From: Lingula anatina
Taxonomy: Eukaryota > Animalia > Brachiopoda
Assembly: GCA_051362555.1 (NCBI GenBank)
Contig: CM120642.1
Coordinates: 27,466,001 to 27,530,000, forward strand
Length of the DNA stretch: 64,000 nucleotides
Reading direction: 5' to 3'
Shown here: piece after piece, positions 1 to 12,700 of the stretch
Position numbering within the stretch: position 1 is the first letter of the stretch
How the letters are laid out: every line of letters starts with the position of its first letter
Notes under the pieces: model-generated
Databases searched by the model: none
Told to the model about the DNA's origin: nothing
What the model saw: the letters and a program-made list of their open reading frames with translations, nothing else
Position numbers and translations under genes: made by a program

Positions 1-544
1 CGAGCAAAGCGATGGGCAATGTAAAATTGTAGACACAGACAATGTGACTAAAATGCATTTAGTTTGGCATTTATTAACATAATATGTACAAATCACCATG
101 TGCCTGTAAGTCACCTCAGTTTATACAGTTTTCAAATGCACAGAATAATGATGAGACAGAACAAGAAAACACATTCAGACTTATTTTAATACAGTAGTTA
201 GACATTTGTATAGGGACCTACATTGCAATTTTTATTTTTAACGGACCAAAAACAACACTATCTCAAACTATAACAGAGACGGAAACGTTGCCTAGTGTCG
301 TCTAGCTTGTTACAGTGTGTAAGCCCGTTTATTTGAAACTTGTATTCTTTTGTAATAATCTTTCTTCAAAGTTACCCATTTAACTCTTTGGCAAATTCTC
401 GCCAGTACAAATCTGGCTATTCACATTAAAGCCATTCAGCTGCAGATCCTTCACCCATTACATCACTTTTAGTAGCTAATTACTTCCTGAAGTGTCTCTA
501 GCCATGTGGATATCATTTAGGGTGCATTCAGATAAACACAATTG

Positions 545-737
545 GGGCCTATTCCCATAGATTTTAGATCGATCTATCCCCGTGGGGAGTCTCACTAGAT
601 TACTGTCAGATAATCCGGCTTTAATGTCCGTCCCGCCTACTACAAGCTGTAAGGGGGTAATTAAGTGTCGTGCCCGCTCAGCTGACAGGGAGTTAGGTTG
701 ATCTAGTTGGATCGATTTAATCTCTGGGAATGGGGTC
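545..737. mobile_element. PIF/Harbinger MITE, family A, nested in a family-B MITE (about 520-930)
   Basis: attcccatagattttagatcgatcta ... tctctgggaatggggtc|tta. The flanks (gggtgcattcaga..., gatcgacccaactctgcagggactcg...taacatgcctcctc) match family B. Confidence 0.75.
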
Positions 738-2101
738 TTAGTCTACCTACGTGGATCGACCCAACTCTGCAGGGACTCGCGCTGAGTGCAGTCGGCATAA
801 CAGATTAACATGCCTCCTCCTGGCGTTAAGTAGTACACAGAAAAGCTGGAGATTATACAAGTATGTTGGAAACTCTACGAGGAGTGAGATTCAATTAAGG
901 TGATTGCACTTAACGAGGGTTCCTGCAGAGTTTGGTCGATCAACGTACACCGGTCGCGTCTTTATAGGAATGAAGTCTTTAAGTACTGTAGCACAACGCA
1001 ATCTGCAAATAATTACCAGCTACCTCACATCTGGTATATCACCATTCACGATCTATTCAAGATACATATTTATGTAATAAAAAGGATTGCGTACCACCTG
1101 TTATTTTACGTGATGCTATCAGTTTAACCTGAATTAAATTCACCTGAATTAAAACAAAAAACTATGCAATCTATTAAACATACATATTTATATTTTACCC
1201 CAATGGATCATTTTAACTTATTCCAAAGATATGCGATCTTTGAAAAATACATACAGTGTGCTAATATTTTACTCCAAAGGCTCATTACACATAGTGAAGG
1301 ATCATAATGCTTGTTATTGCTATATGTAATGCATTTTCGTTCTCAGGTCTTACAGCTATTAAGACATCTCTACATTGTTGTGTAATTTTTAATTCACAAA
1401 TTGACTAAAATGATATTTGAAAATATTTTCACCTCAATTATACTGTGCATTCTTTGTAGCCAGCATTAATTTTGTTATATTGCAGGCCTAAGTGGTATAA
1501 AATCCCGTGATGCTTTGCAATGACACTTTTTGATTGGGCAAACTGGTGCCTTCTGTCTATGAGCTATGCAAACATTTGACCAATCAAAATCATTGCCAAT
1601 TAAGGTCTTGGGTTTAGTTATCCTTAGTAGGGTTGTACGTGATTTTTTTACTTAAGTACTCTTGTGTTTGGATTGTAAGCGTATTCGGCACAGGACTGGT
1701 ATTATTTCACATAATTGTCCATTTTCTTGTGTTGTGTTGTAGAAAGGTGAAAGTTTTAGTTTGAAGAGTAAATTTAAACTATGATTTAGAAATAAAGAAA
1801 TTGAGTTTTTTATTTATTTGTTAACATATTAAGATGTATAACCAACCATTTTCTAGTTCATTGACAACCGCCAATCAATGATAATTTTACATTTGAAAAG
1901 TAAGTTTTCGAATTGCAGAAAAATGGATTTTTCTTGTTTTTACAGGAACTATGGTATTGAAGATAGCCATCTAATAGCTATTCAGTTGGAGGACCTTTTT
2001 GAATCGACAATACATGCTAAGAACCTAGATCAGAGAGGGCCCGATAAATGAGCAAACCAACTTCCAAGAACTGAAGAACTTGTGACATCCTTCCCATCAA
2101 T

Positions 2102-4207
2102 ATGCGAAAAAAGGCACTGGTAATATTCATATGCATGTCTGTGTGGACATTTATGGCGTATACGCGAATCTATCATTCCACCGAAAACTATCACAAGAAA
2201 TTCATCATTCATAAACGTAAAGGAAGCAAATGGAATTCTAGTACTCCACTTAAACACGTTTCACAAACAGTATATCCATTTCCATCAGCTCCCTCCGTAC
2301 GACATTTACAACAGGAAGCAGTAAAATCAAGCGGAAGGAAACCGAAGGGGGACTCTGAAAACGAAAGCAGAGAGGAGTTATATAATATTGCCGATGACGA
2401 GCATGTAGAACCGCCATCCAGTACTGGATTCTCAACTACATCGACTTCTGCTGTCCCGACAACGGCTCCATCAACGTCTACAGTTGGGAAAACTATAACC
2501 GATCTATCGCTGGCACCGTCACAGTTTCTAGCGAGCAGACCTACAATAGGCATGATGGTCATGCCTTCAAAAATGGGGATGGAAAGGAAAATATTTCCAA
2601 CAACTAAGCGGATCTCGTTATTCGAAGTGCCCCGGAGAAAGGAATCCCCCTCTCGCTATATCGACAATCCCGACACTGATGTGGATCTCGTGTCTTCACA
2701 GCTACCTGTCAGAAATTCTTATTACATAAAGGCAACCAAGCCTACGCCTGAACGCGAACATACACTCAAGGTTAATTTTCAGACCCATACAAAAATACCG
2801 CGTCAGAACAGGTCACAGGAGCATAACAGCAAAAATATTGTTCCAAGTGTAGGCTTAATACAAAATGTTCCACAGCGCAGCAAAGCTGGCACACAACACT
2901 TTGAAAATATCCAGGTCCCCAATACAAGGAATATGGTTCATCCCACCAAAACTAACGCCGATTTACCTCTACATGTAGATAAGCATCTCCACACGATACG
3001 AAATTACCAACCATTGCACACCAGAGAGGAGCAAGCCTTTAATGGAAACAATAAAGCATTCCAGTATTCTGTCAATTTAGGTAAAGGTGACATTCATCAA
3101 CAAGTTAGGAAAATTGCAATGATGAGGAGTCGCTTCACAAAGCCTGCGGAGACTACCCTGGAAGAGCCACCACCGAGTTACTTTGTACCAAGGGCACGGC
3201 CTGTGAACAACTTTACGTACACCAAACTTCTGTCTCCAGATGCGTTGTGTGATGGAAAAGTCGAGATGATCATAATCGTTATAACTCACCCAAAGTCACA
3301 TTACCTGCGGGCTACACTGCGACGGGTTACCAAAAATCTTTTTAATGCAAAATCACCGTTTCGCCTTGCTTTTATGCTAGGGCGCGATCGGACTGGTAGT
3401 TCTAAATCTCCCCTATGGGAAGCTGTGGAATATGAAAGTAAAGCGTATAATGACATAATAGCTTTTGATTTCCTAGACACATACCGGAACTTATCAGTGA
3501 AGTCAATAATGATGCTAAAATGGGCGTCGCAGCACTGTAACAATGCCAAATATTTAGTCAAAATGGATGACGACGTTTTCCTCAACGCAAAAACTCTGAG
3601 GCGTATTTTAAAGAGCGGGCGGTACACCAGGGGTTTCCTCGGCGGCCACGTGACTTCTGAGGACGTGGTCCACAGAGATGATGAACCGAAATGGGACGTT
3701 ACATTTGATGAATACCCTTACGGGTACTTTCCGAGTTTTGCCCATGGGCCGATATACGTAATGTCAATGGACGTTGTTCACAGGTTGTTTAAGGTGGCCC
3801 CGTTTCTCCCCATGATTCACCTTGAAGATGTCTTTGTAACTGGCATTCTTGCCCGCGCCATCAACGTGTTCCCTGTCAATCTCAACGGAATGTCTCTATA
3901 TCCAACGGACTATGATAAGGAACACGTTTGTTCTACACTTGATTCGAGGATGTTTGCGGTTCACGACTTGGAAATCAGCGAGCTAGAGGCCTTTTACACT
4001 ACATGGTGCGAGGGGCAAAGCGATGGTGTTATTATCGTCAATGATCCAAGCCCACCCAAGGAGAGAGTGCTCCAAAGACGCACAGAGTTAGATGTGCTCC
4101 AGAAGAATGTTCCAAAAAATAAGGAATCGACGCAGTTATTGCAAACTCGCCAAAATAACCAATCGTTATTGAGGTCGAAACCGAAAACGAACGCTTTAGA
4201 AATATAG
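2102..4207 (+). CDS. Beta-1,3-galactosyltransferase family (GT31) type II membrane protein, single coding exon
   Basis: 701-aa ORF. N-terminal signal-anchor (KKALVIFICMSVWTFMAY), long S/T/P-rich stem, then GT31 motifs: DFLDTYRNLSVKS, YLVKMDDDVFLN (DxD), YPYGYFPSFAHGPIYVMS, LEDVFVTG. Probable 5'UTR acceptor ttttacag ends at 1945. Confidence 0.92.
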   Translation: MRKKALVIFICMSVWTFMAYTRIYHSTENYHKKFIIHKRKGSKWNSSTPLKHVSQTVYPFPSAPSVRHLQQEAVKSSGRKPKGDSENESREELYNIADDEHVEPPSSTGFSTTSTSAVPTTAPSTSTVGKTITDLSLAPSQFLASRPTIGMMVMPSKMGMERKIFPTTKRISLFEVPRRKESPSRYIDNPDTDVDLVSSQLPVRNSYYIKATKPTPEREHTLKVNFQTHTKIPRQNRSQEHNSKNIVPSVGLIQNVPQRSKAGTQHFENIQVPNTRNMVHPTKTNADLPLHVDKHLHTIRNYQPLHTREEQAFNGNNKAFQYSVNLGKGDIHQQVRKIAMMRSRFTKPAETTLEEPPPSYFVPRARPVNNFTYTKLLSPDALCDGKVEMIIIVITHPKSHYLRATLRRVTKNLFNAKSPFRLAFMLGRDRTGSSKSPLWEAVEYESKAYNDIIAFDFLDTYRNLSVKSIMMLKWASQHCNNAKYLVKMDDDVFLNAKTLRRILKSGRYTRGFLGGHVTSEDVVHRDDEPKWDVTFDEYPYGYFPSFAHGPIYVMSMDVVHRLFKVAPFLPMIHLEDVFVTGILARAINVFPVNLNGMSLYPTDYDKEHVCSTLDSRMFAVHDLEISELEAFYTTWCEGQSDGVIIVNDPSPPKERVLQRRTELDVLQKNVPKNKESTQLLQTRQNNQSLLRSKPKTNALEI

Positions 4208-5289
4208 TTGTCTCCATGGAAAGATGACGGTCACAAATAGGACGCCAGGAAGGGATAGATCTCCACAAGCTGCTCTAATGGAGATAATGTACGTCAATTC
4301 AGAAGTGCAATTTCCGGAACAAAAGCCGTGAAAGATAGTGTTGGTTTTACGTTTCACATATTTCTGGTGTGAAAAGAAAATGAACATTGAAAAAATTCAT
4401 CAAATATATATCCGGTGAGGGGAAAATGTAGAATTTACAGTAGAAATGTTCAATTAAAGACTGTAGCGTGTCTTGCGTGGTATCACACGAGTTTCAGAAA
4501 TAAAAAGATGAGAATGCAGAAAATATAGGAAACTCATGCAAACTGAAGCTGAAGAAAAATGATAGTGTTGCGATGAGTTTTTTTACATATATGATGGTGC
4601 TTTTACTATTTTCCAGTTCAAATTTACGCTAGCAATATCTACACCATGTAGGGAACGTATTAACTGCCTTTTGTCTGTACATTTTAAAGAAAGTGTTAGC
4701 AATTTAGATAAATATTTTTGGAGATAGATGGTCCCGGGTTTTCCAATAAGTTTCCTAGTTAGTTGTGTGTGCAACTTTAAATAAGAAGTAATATGGAAAA
4801 TGTTTTTTTCCATTGGAGGCTTTGAAAACTGTTTCATTTGAAACTGAATGTAAATAGCTTGAATGAGCTAACTTACATGTATCGTTTTAGATACAATAGC
4901 ACAATGACAGTTGAACATTTATACAGCGCTGTGAAAAATTATCAGAGATTATTGCAACTGTATGGTCATATTCGGCTCGTTACAAACGGTTTCAATCGTT
5001 CAGCGAATTTGACTTTATAATATAAATGTTTTGAAGTTTAAGAAAAATGATAATGATGGAAATTTTTTGATATATAATATTGTATAAATGTAATGGTGCT
5101 TTTACTATTCTCCAACATATTTTAGTGGCAATATCTAGACTAGTAAGAAACGCCTTTAAATATTAACTGCATTTTGTCTGTACATGACTTGGACACCGTT
5201 AACAATTTAGATAAATATTTTTGTAGATAAGTAATCCCGTTTTTTCCAGGAAATATTCTAGTCATTCTGCTGTGCCATATAATATGTAA

Positions 5290-5503
5290 GGCTGCGTTCA
5301 CATGAAAAATCTATTTTCTAAAAATCCGCGGCGTAGATCTAATTACTGGCAGCGCCGAGAATTAATTACAGCTTTGGAAGTAACTGGCTCGCGCTGCCCG
5401 TAATTACGCCGTGGGGTATTCAGGGCACAGACCGTGATCACAAGATACCGCAAATAGATTTTTTAGATTTTTTAGAAAATAGATTTTTCATGTGAAAGCA
5501 GCC
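5290..5503. mobile_element. PIF/Harbinger MITE with TIRs of about 33 bp
   Basis: taa|ggctgcgttcacatgaaaatctattttctaaaaa ... tttttagaaaatagatttttcatgtgaaagcagcc|taa. Confidence 0.88.
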
Positions 5504-5603
5504 TAACACTGAAAACAAATTTTTTCATTGGAAATTTTGCAGCTGCTTTATTTCAAACTGAAAGTCAACAGCTTGAATAAGTTGAATAACGTGTATCGTT
5601 TTA

Positions 5604-5950
5604 GGGCTCATTCCCAATGGAACTATCGTTCTGCCTAGATTGATCCAACTCCGCGGAGACTCTTGCTGAATGCAATCAGTTTAACAGACTAACATGCCTC
5701 CTCTTGTTTCCGACGTACTTTATATCACCAGCTTTTCTGTATTCCACTCGAGAGGAGGCGCGTAAATTTGTTAAACTTAGGGCGCATGTACACTTGAATG
5801 CTTGTCGCGTAACCCCAGCGGGTTATTCCCTCGGTGTGTATTAGGGGATTATGCAGCAAGCTTTTAAGTGAGTCGCCAAATTTTTCCGCGGATTTGTTAG
5901 TCCGCTGTTGTGAATGCGGCCTTACTGCATTCAGCGAGAGTCCCTGCGGA
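5604..5950. mobile_element. Harbinger MITE family B containing a nested TTA-flanked MITE (5780-5921)
   Basis: tta|gggctcattcccaatggaacta... is similar to 54023-54229 and 48410-48556. Nested element is tta|gggcgcatgtacac...tgtgaatgcggcc|tta. Confidence 0.7.
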
Positions 5951-6842
5951 ATGACAACAGTATCAGAGTATGAAAATCTACTATGTTACCGTCTTGTACT
6001 GCTCGTTACCAACAATTCCAATCGATCAGCGAATTTGGCGTTATGTTCGCATCATTGTACACTTTTTAACTTGACTTTATGGCTTAAACAAAATTATAAA
6101 AGACATTTTATTAGAATATCGAGAGCAATGCTACAGAAGTAGTCATTCGTTTTCAAAATGAATTAATTTTAATTATTTTATTAATTCTGTGTAATGTAAT
6201 ATCCTCACTCCAGAAATATATACCCCAGCTTCAGATCTGATGCGTTCCAGGTTATTCATTTTCAAATCTCTGCATTTGCACGCTTATCACACCGTTCACA
6301 AAGTTGGCCACTAAAAAGGCGCAGGGGTTGTTTACGACGTCTTTTGTCCGACAGGCCTACAAAATCGGAATAACCGAACCGAATTTTATCGGAGCGGTAA
6401 ACTTTGATAAAACATCAATGAAAAATAGAATCCTTTTGAAAATGAAAAAGAAACATGGTACGGACCGGAACTGTAGCTTCTGGAAGATATTTTATGCATC
6501 TATAGTATGAAATAGTTTCTGTCAAGTTAAATTGTTTTTTTTCATGGGTATATGGCTTAAAGCGCCAAAGTGAATAAATACAAAATGTAAAAAGTTGACG
6601 TAAAACTGCAGAATCCATGTATTTATAAACGAATAAAAGAAATATTATGAATAAAGTATTTTAGAAACAATGAAATGCATGACCAAAATAAATAAATCTT
6701 CACGTGAAAGTCCTCGAAAAAAAGTGTGTTTATTCACATCTAACACATTTACAAAGCAAATTCATCACAACTCTTTTCCCAACCAACAGACATTTTCTAC
6801 TTCATTCGTAAAAATTGTTTTGGTCGCAGCACGAATAATATT

Positions 6843-6843
<1 letters not shown>

Positions 6844-6879
<36 letters not shown>
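6844..6879. repeat. (ATT)n microsatellite
   Basis: Seen directly in the sequence. Confidence 0.9.
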
Positions 6880-6882
<3 letters not shown>

Positions 6883-7227
6883 ATGGGCCACAGAGGCTTA
6901 CTGACTGAAAGTATATATAGACTAATAAGTTATTGGTCGTCATTTAATTTCCGAATTGTGCATTATTAAAATTAAAATGGAAGCTTAAGAATTTGATAAT
7001 TTTGTATGAGGCATGGCTGTTAACACCTCTAACAGTTCATTTAAAGCAAAATAAAGTGAACTGATGATATGATTAATTACGACGTCGGCTATTATATTGG
7101 TGCAATTTCTGGGCAACGTCTTTCAAAGTTGTCAAGGCAATTATGAGCTAAAATATAAAATGTATATGCTTCTTTCCCCTTCTTTCCCCCTGAACATCGT
7201 GTTCCCGCGTTTCATTATGATAACAGT

Positions 7228-7268
<41 letters not shown>

Positions 7269-7557
7269 AAAAGTGTGATTTTGTTAAACTCAAAGTTTTT
7301 ACCTACCCCCATAGATTAATTTTCACTTGATATTCACATATATGCCTCTAGCTAATTATGTGAACTTATCTGTACTTGCATCATGAATTAGCTATGTGAC
7401 ATTTCTGTGACTATCTAGTGAAAAATAATCTGTAGTCCTGGTAGGGAGTAGTTTTTTACCTGTGCCGCAACCAAACAGTGTTATAGATAGTTGATTCAAC
7501 CTTCTTTACTATTTTGCAAATAGTGGTCATTTCTTTTTGCTCATTATAAAATTCTTA

Positions 7558-7792
7558 TGGTGCATTCAGAGTCACACATCGTACTAGCTCAGTTGGTCAA
7601 GCTCTGCAGTGGACACTTGCCAAAGTGCAATCAGTGGAATTAGCTTTCATGTGCACTCGGCTTAATTACCCCCTAGCTGATCGAGGAGGCGTGTCAGACA
7701 ATTAAGCTGATTCCACTTAAATAGCGAAATAGAGAATCACCCTCAGAGCTGGACCGACTCAGATTGTAGGTTGTGTGAATCTGAATGCCGTC
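7558..7792. mobile_element. Diverged Harbinger-like MITE
   Basis: tta|tggtgcattcagagtcacac ... gtgtgaatctgaatgccgtc imperfect TIR. The start resembles the family-B copy at 520. Confidence 0.55.
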
Positions 7793-8099
7793 TCAGTGTA
7801 AAATTGATAATTTTTCTTATCATGTGCCCCTTGGTATTTAAATCATTTTATGAACATTTATTACATTACTTCATAGATTTTATACTTTTTTTAGAAACAT
7901 CGATGCTGAGAACCCAAAACAGAACTACAAGGACAGATGTAAAACACAGAGAAATAGAACAATGATGGATGGTAGGCCTAATCACAATAAAACCAATTAA
8001 AGGCATTTTATGTAAACAAATGAACACTGAAACATACAAATAGCGAAAAATCAATTTTAGATCACCGCAAACGGGTCGGCTATAGCCCAAATTGTTTTA

Positions 8100-8325
8100 C
8101 ACCCCATTTCCAAAGATTTTTAGATCGATCTATCCCTGTGGGGAGTCTCACTAGGATACTGTCAGCTTAGCTGGCTTAAGCGTCTGTCCCGCCTACTGAA
8201 AGCTGTAAGGGGGTAATTAACTATGGTCCCCCCTCGGCTGACTGCAATTTAGCGTGAACCCCCAGGGAGTTAGGTCGATCTAAATCTTAATCTTTAGATC
8301 GATCTAAATCTCTGGGAAAGCACCC
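8100..8325. mobile_element. PIF/Harbinger (Tourist-like) MITE, family A
   Basis: 226 bp with TTA on both sides and a subterminal IR containing tagatcgatcta. Near-identical inverted copy at 61628-61853. Confidence 0.85.
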
Positions 8326-8496
8326 TTAGTCTTCACCTCCTGAACCAGACGCATAATTGCACTCTTATGTTAACTTTTGAAGAACCACTTGGCTTTAGCA
8401 AGGAGTGCGTTCAACTTAGAGATTTTAATGAAAAACGCGGAGATCGCAATCAAAGGACTACCGTATCACACACACCGAATAACCTGCATATATTAA

Positions 8497-8837
8497 AGAG
8501 ATAACAGCTATTTGTGTGAGATCTATATATCACAATAAATGCATTGTAATTTACTCATGGAAATATGATCAATTCCATTTTACCACAAAAATAGCAGTTG
8601 TCGCAATTATTCTGGACTCTGTGCTTGCCATCAGATCAGAACTTCAAAGATGGCTATACTTCCGTAAAGATCTCTAAAGAGATTGTAACAAAAATTAAAA
8701 CTTCTTAGAAAAAAAAACTTGGACTAACTTTGGATGTCGGGATCGATTCATTAACCATTGATAGGTACGTGTATACGAAAATCGTCCTTTACCCCAGATA
8801 AACCCGTTTTCGGCCCAAACGAGCAATTGTTATCCCT
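8497..8837. mobile_element. TTAA-flanked (Kolobok-like) MITE
   Basis: ttaa|agagataacagc ... ttgttatccct|ttaa, with termini like those of 27956-28287. Confidence 0.6.
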
Positions 8838-9664
8838 TTAAGATCACGGTGACACAGATGGACGCACTTCCAGGGCATTGCACTAATAGCTCCCTTAGGG
8901 TGACCCACGCTGCTATCAGTAGGGGTCTACGTGAGCGAAGCTGCAAAGAAGGCAAAAGACAATGAGGCATATCCCCCTCCCCCCCCCCCCCCCCCCCCAC
9001 GCATACACACTACTCCACACCCTGTCCTAACCAGGGTATAGCGGGCCAATCCAAGGAAATAGCCTCGCTCTACCTTATTGATAGGATGGATATTTTAAAA
9101 ATCAGTTCAATGGCCATTAAATTCAGAAAACGCTGAAGGAGTTTTATCTCGGATTTTCAATGCCTATTGGTAAAATATTATCGGGAGAAACAGATATATT
9201 TAGCATTATCGGGCAATGATTCACATAATACAAACAGGACTTGGTTCAGCATTTAGCTAATGTGTACAATTTTCTGAAGGAGTAAAGGCAAAGGACTGGA
9301 AAATGATAACATACTTATAAAATATGTATGTATGAGTTCAATTTAAACGAACATAGCATACCTGACATTTCATATAGTAATAAGCGGACAGCAAGAAAAA
9401 AATGAATGAAATTAAAGAAAAAAAACAAAGGGAAAACAATAAAGAAGGGAAATAAAGATGGAAACTCAACTCAAAGAAAAAGAGGAAAAAAATAACGAAA
9501 GAAAAGAGAAAGAAAGAGAGAAGAAGAAAACCCGCACCAGATCGTTCACCCCCCTCCCCTACCTCCCAGATAACCTTCACCCTATCCTTATCCTTTGATA
9601 TGTCATCGGAACTTATTAATCAGCCTTTGGTTGGCTCACGCTGACTAGCTTTGGTAAGGTGATC

Positions 9665-9671
9665 TATAAAA
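9665..9671 (+). promoter_or_regulatory. TATA box of the chitinase gene
   Basis: ctATAAAAgg context (TATAAAA) about 50 nt upstream of the ATG at 9718 (context caaaATG). Confidence 0.7.
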
Positions 9672-9717
9672 GGGTTCATATCTCACTCCGTGTACACACT
9701 ATTACTGTAACAACAAA

Positions 9718-12700
9718 ATGAAGGGAGTCAGTGTGATTCTACTGGTATGCTGCTTTCTATGGCACGCTGAGGCCAGGAGTTACCTCAGGGCTTATAGCAC
9801 CACACCAGGTATGTTTTTAATTGCTTTACGGGACTGAATTTTGGCAGTAATCTTGTTTTGTAGAATCTATCCTCCTATTTTTCTTCATAGTCCATTTTAT
9901 TTTGATTAAACTAAACGTTTTAAGTGTGTAGCATTTAAAATACAAGTAAGTACATGTATATCACTCATATAGTTTTCATAATGATAAAAAATATTTGTGA
10001 AAGAAAAACTGAAAAATCAACAGGATATACGACTCGTGAGTACGCTCCCTATCGTTGTCTTGTTTTTTAACTGTAAAGGTCCATTCTGAATCTAACAGAT
10101 CTAAGGTCCATTCTGAATCTAACAGATCTAAGGCTTACTTCTCATTAGGGTCTTAAACTTTTCTAGTTTATAGCATTTCTTGAGTGGTTCTTTTTATCTT
10201 CAAAAATTATTCATCACCAGTTTCTCCTTACATTTGTATCCTAGACTCCGCGTTGTTGAATTTTCTGAAATAAATACCCAGTTCTCTTTAATTTTGGAAA
10301 GTAACTTTTAAGAAATTTTTAACCTGGTTTTAAAACGTATTTGTTAATAATTTTCTGAAATAAATACCCAGTTCTCTTTAATTTTGGAAAGTAACTTTTA
10401 AGAAATTTTTAACCTGGTTTTAAAACGTATTTGTTAATAATAAGCACTTTGTCATTATAAACTCGATTAGGATGAACTAATGTGGCACATCTCGCACTTT
10501 TTACAAACACAAAATACCAGCACGCACATATACACATTCATACATACATACATATACATAACTTAGAAGACCATATAACCACCTAGACATTGGGATGGTA
10601 ATTTCAGGTAAAGATTACAAGTTCGTTTGCTATCACACCAACTGGTCCCAGTACCGCCCCTCGCCAGGGAAGTTCTTCCCAGAAGACATAGACCCCAACC
10701 TGTGCACCCATCTGATTTATGCCTTTGCCAAGTTCAACGGGAACAGGCTGGCGGCCTTTGAATGGAATGACGAGAGCACGGACTGGTCTGTAGGCTTGTA
10801 AGTACTGAAACAGCGACAACAACAACAATAACAACAACAGCAACAACAACAGCAACAACAACAACAACAACAGCAGCAGCAACATCACCATCATCATCAT
10901 CAACAACAACAAAAAAAAAAAATAAATATAAAAATAAGTTATTTTTAAATATTAAAATATTAAATGCATGCTCATTTACAGGACCTCTTATCTTTTCAAT
11001 ATGTATCGGTATCCCTTAACATTTACTCCATATACAAGGAGTCATTGACATTATAAGTTTTGATTATAACTTAATTAAAAATCTTCAAATATCACAACTT
11101 ACATATTACAAAGACCCATAGGAATGCATTTTTTTTTAAAAAGCTAAGAATATCAATTCATAAAATCATGTGTAAATCGCGCACTCGTGCTGTCATTGAA
11201 ATCAAAGGAATGAATTAGTAAACGAGTGAAAATGTTTTTAACAACGCGCTGCTCTGTCACATAGCGCCACGTTGTGTGTTACTGGGCTGTAAAATCCCGT
11301 ACATAGCAAAAATGTGAGGAACTCATGGGTCTAGCCTCAGAGAAAAAAACTTTTATGTTGAACTACTGAAAATAAATCAAATCGCCAACACTATTTTTTC
11401 AGTGGCCCGTGACACCGAAAGAGTTAATGAATTGTATTTACGGTCAGGGTGCACGTCATCGAAAGATAGGCTAAATCTAGTGCACAATCCTACTTCTGAG
11501 TAATAAACCTGCTATCAAATTTGGATTTCGTCCCTCATTAGAAATCGGCCATCAACAACAAAATAATAGTCTTCCCCTTTCTGGGACGTGACTTAACATT
11601 TGTCACAGCTATTGATTCATAATATGAGTCACTGATCAGACAGTTCTATTGCGATTGATTTTTTTTCTTTAAGACGTGAACATGCGTTTTATTTTTTGCT
11701 GTACAGTAAGTTTCGTGATTAAGCATATGTAATACTGATTTGTTTACCAAGATACAACAAAACCAAAATGTCCTGTTTGGCGTCACGAGCACTCATTCAG
11801 CCAATAATAATAATAAGGAAGGGAGTGCGTTCAACTAAGAGGTTTTAATGAAAAACAGAGAGATTGCAAACAAGGAAGTTGGTATCTGAAAGCAGGTGAC
11901 ACATCTATCCCACGTTATTCTTTTTTTACTTTTTTATGCTGTGTCATGTTGCACCGTCAAATCCTTTTCGAATCAGTTTACAGAAAATAAATTGAATCAT
12001 GTCAGGACAACAAATCTTACCTTTAATTTCAGATAAATGTAAGGCAAGGCGAGAAAGTCAGCTTTTGGAAAATAGATCGAGTCGCGCAACAGTACAAAAA
12101 ATATTACGTTTATTTCCAACACGGAGTATGCGGGTTTCATCCGTCCACTGGGGTCTTTAATAAAATGTCAGGCGTAAGAAGCCTATTTTGTCACCAACAT
12201 AAAGGAATTTTAAAATTTGTTACCCATTATTTTTAATAAAAACTTACCAGTAAATACTCAAATGTATACCCACTGCTTAGAAGATGTTAAAATTGTGTTC
12301 AAATTAGACAGGGTATAAAAAACAATCTTAGTAATGATATAATGAAACCTGGTTACTCATAAATATGTTAATCATCAACCCGTACAAGAGTATTTTTAAA
12401 ACACACATAATGTAGAGCTTCAAAAACCAATTTATCTATTGCAATTAAAATTACAATGCACATAAATATAAAAATAATCGAAACTCAAGGAGAGTGAAAG
12501 AAAGGCCATATGTCAGGGTCAACAGTAGGGAAAAGTGGGGGAGGGGGGAGAAACTCACTTTATTCTCATAAATTTATACAGAAAATACACAGCTGTATTT
12601 CACTTGCCATTCAACATCTGAAAAAAATAGGAAGAGATTAAAATCTTTAATTTTGCAAAGGTAGTGAGACGATGAAATTACTATTCTCCTATAACAGGCT

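Larger units (their letters stand above)
4591..6040 (+). repeat. Diverged tandem duplication (about 430-bp unit); the second copy is expanded by MITE insertions
   Basis: atggtgcttttactatt...tattaactgc...aatttagataaatattttt...gtatcgtttta...gctcgttac...tcagcgaattt occurs at about 4594-5011 and about 5093-6036. Confidence 0.8.

Noticed and set aside
10604-10912. Poly-Leu, poly-Tyr, poly-Gly, poly-Pro and (CV)n short ORFs here and elsewhere in the ORF track
   Set aside because: They are translations of microsatellites or antisense shadows of real exons.
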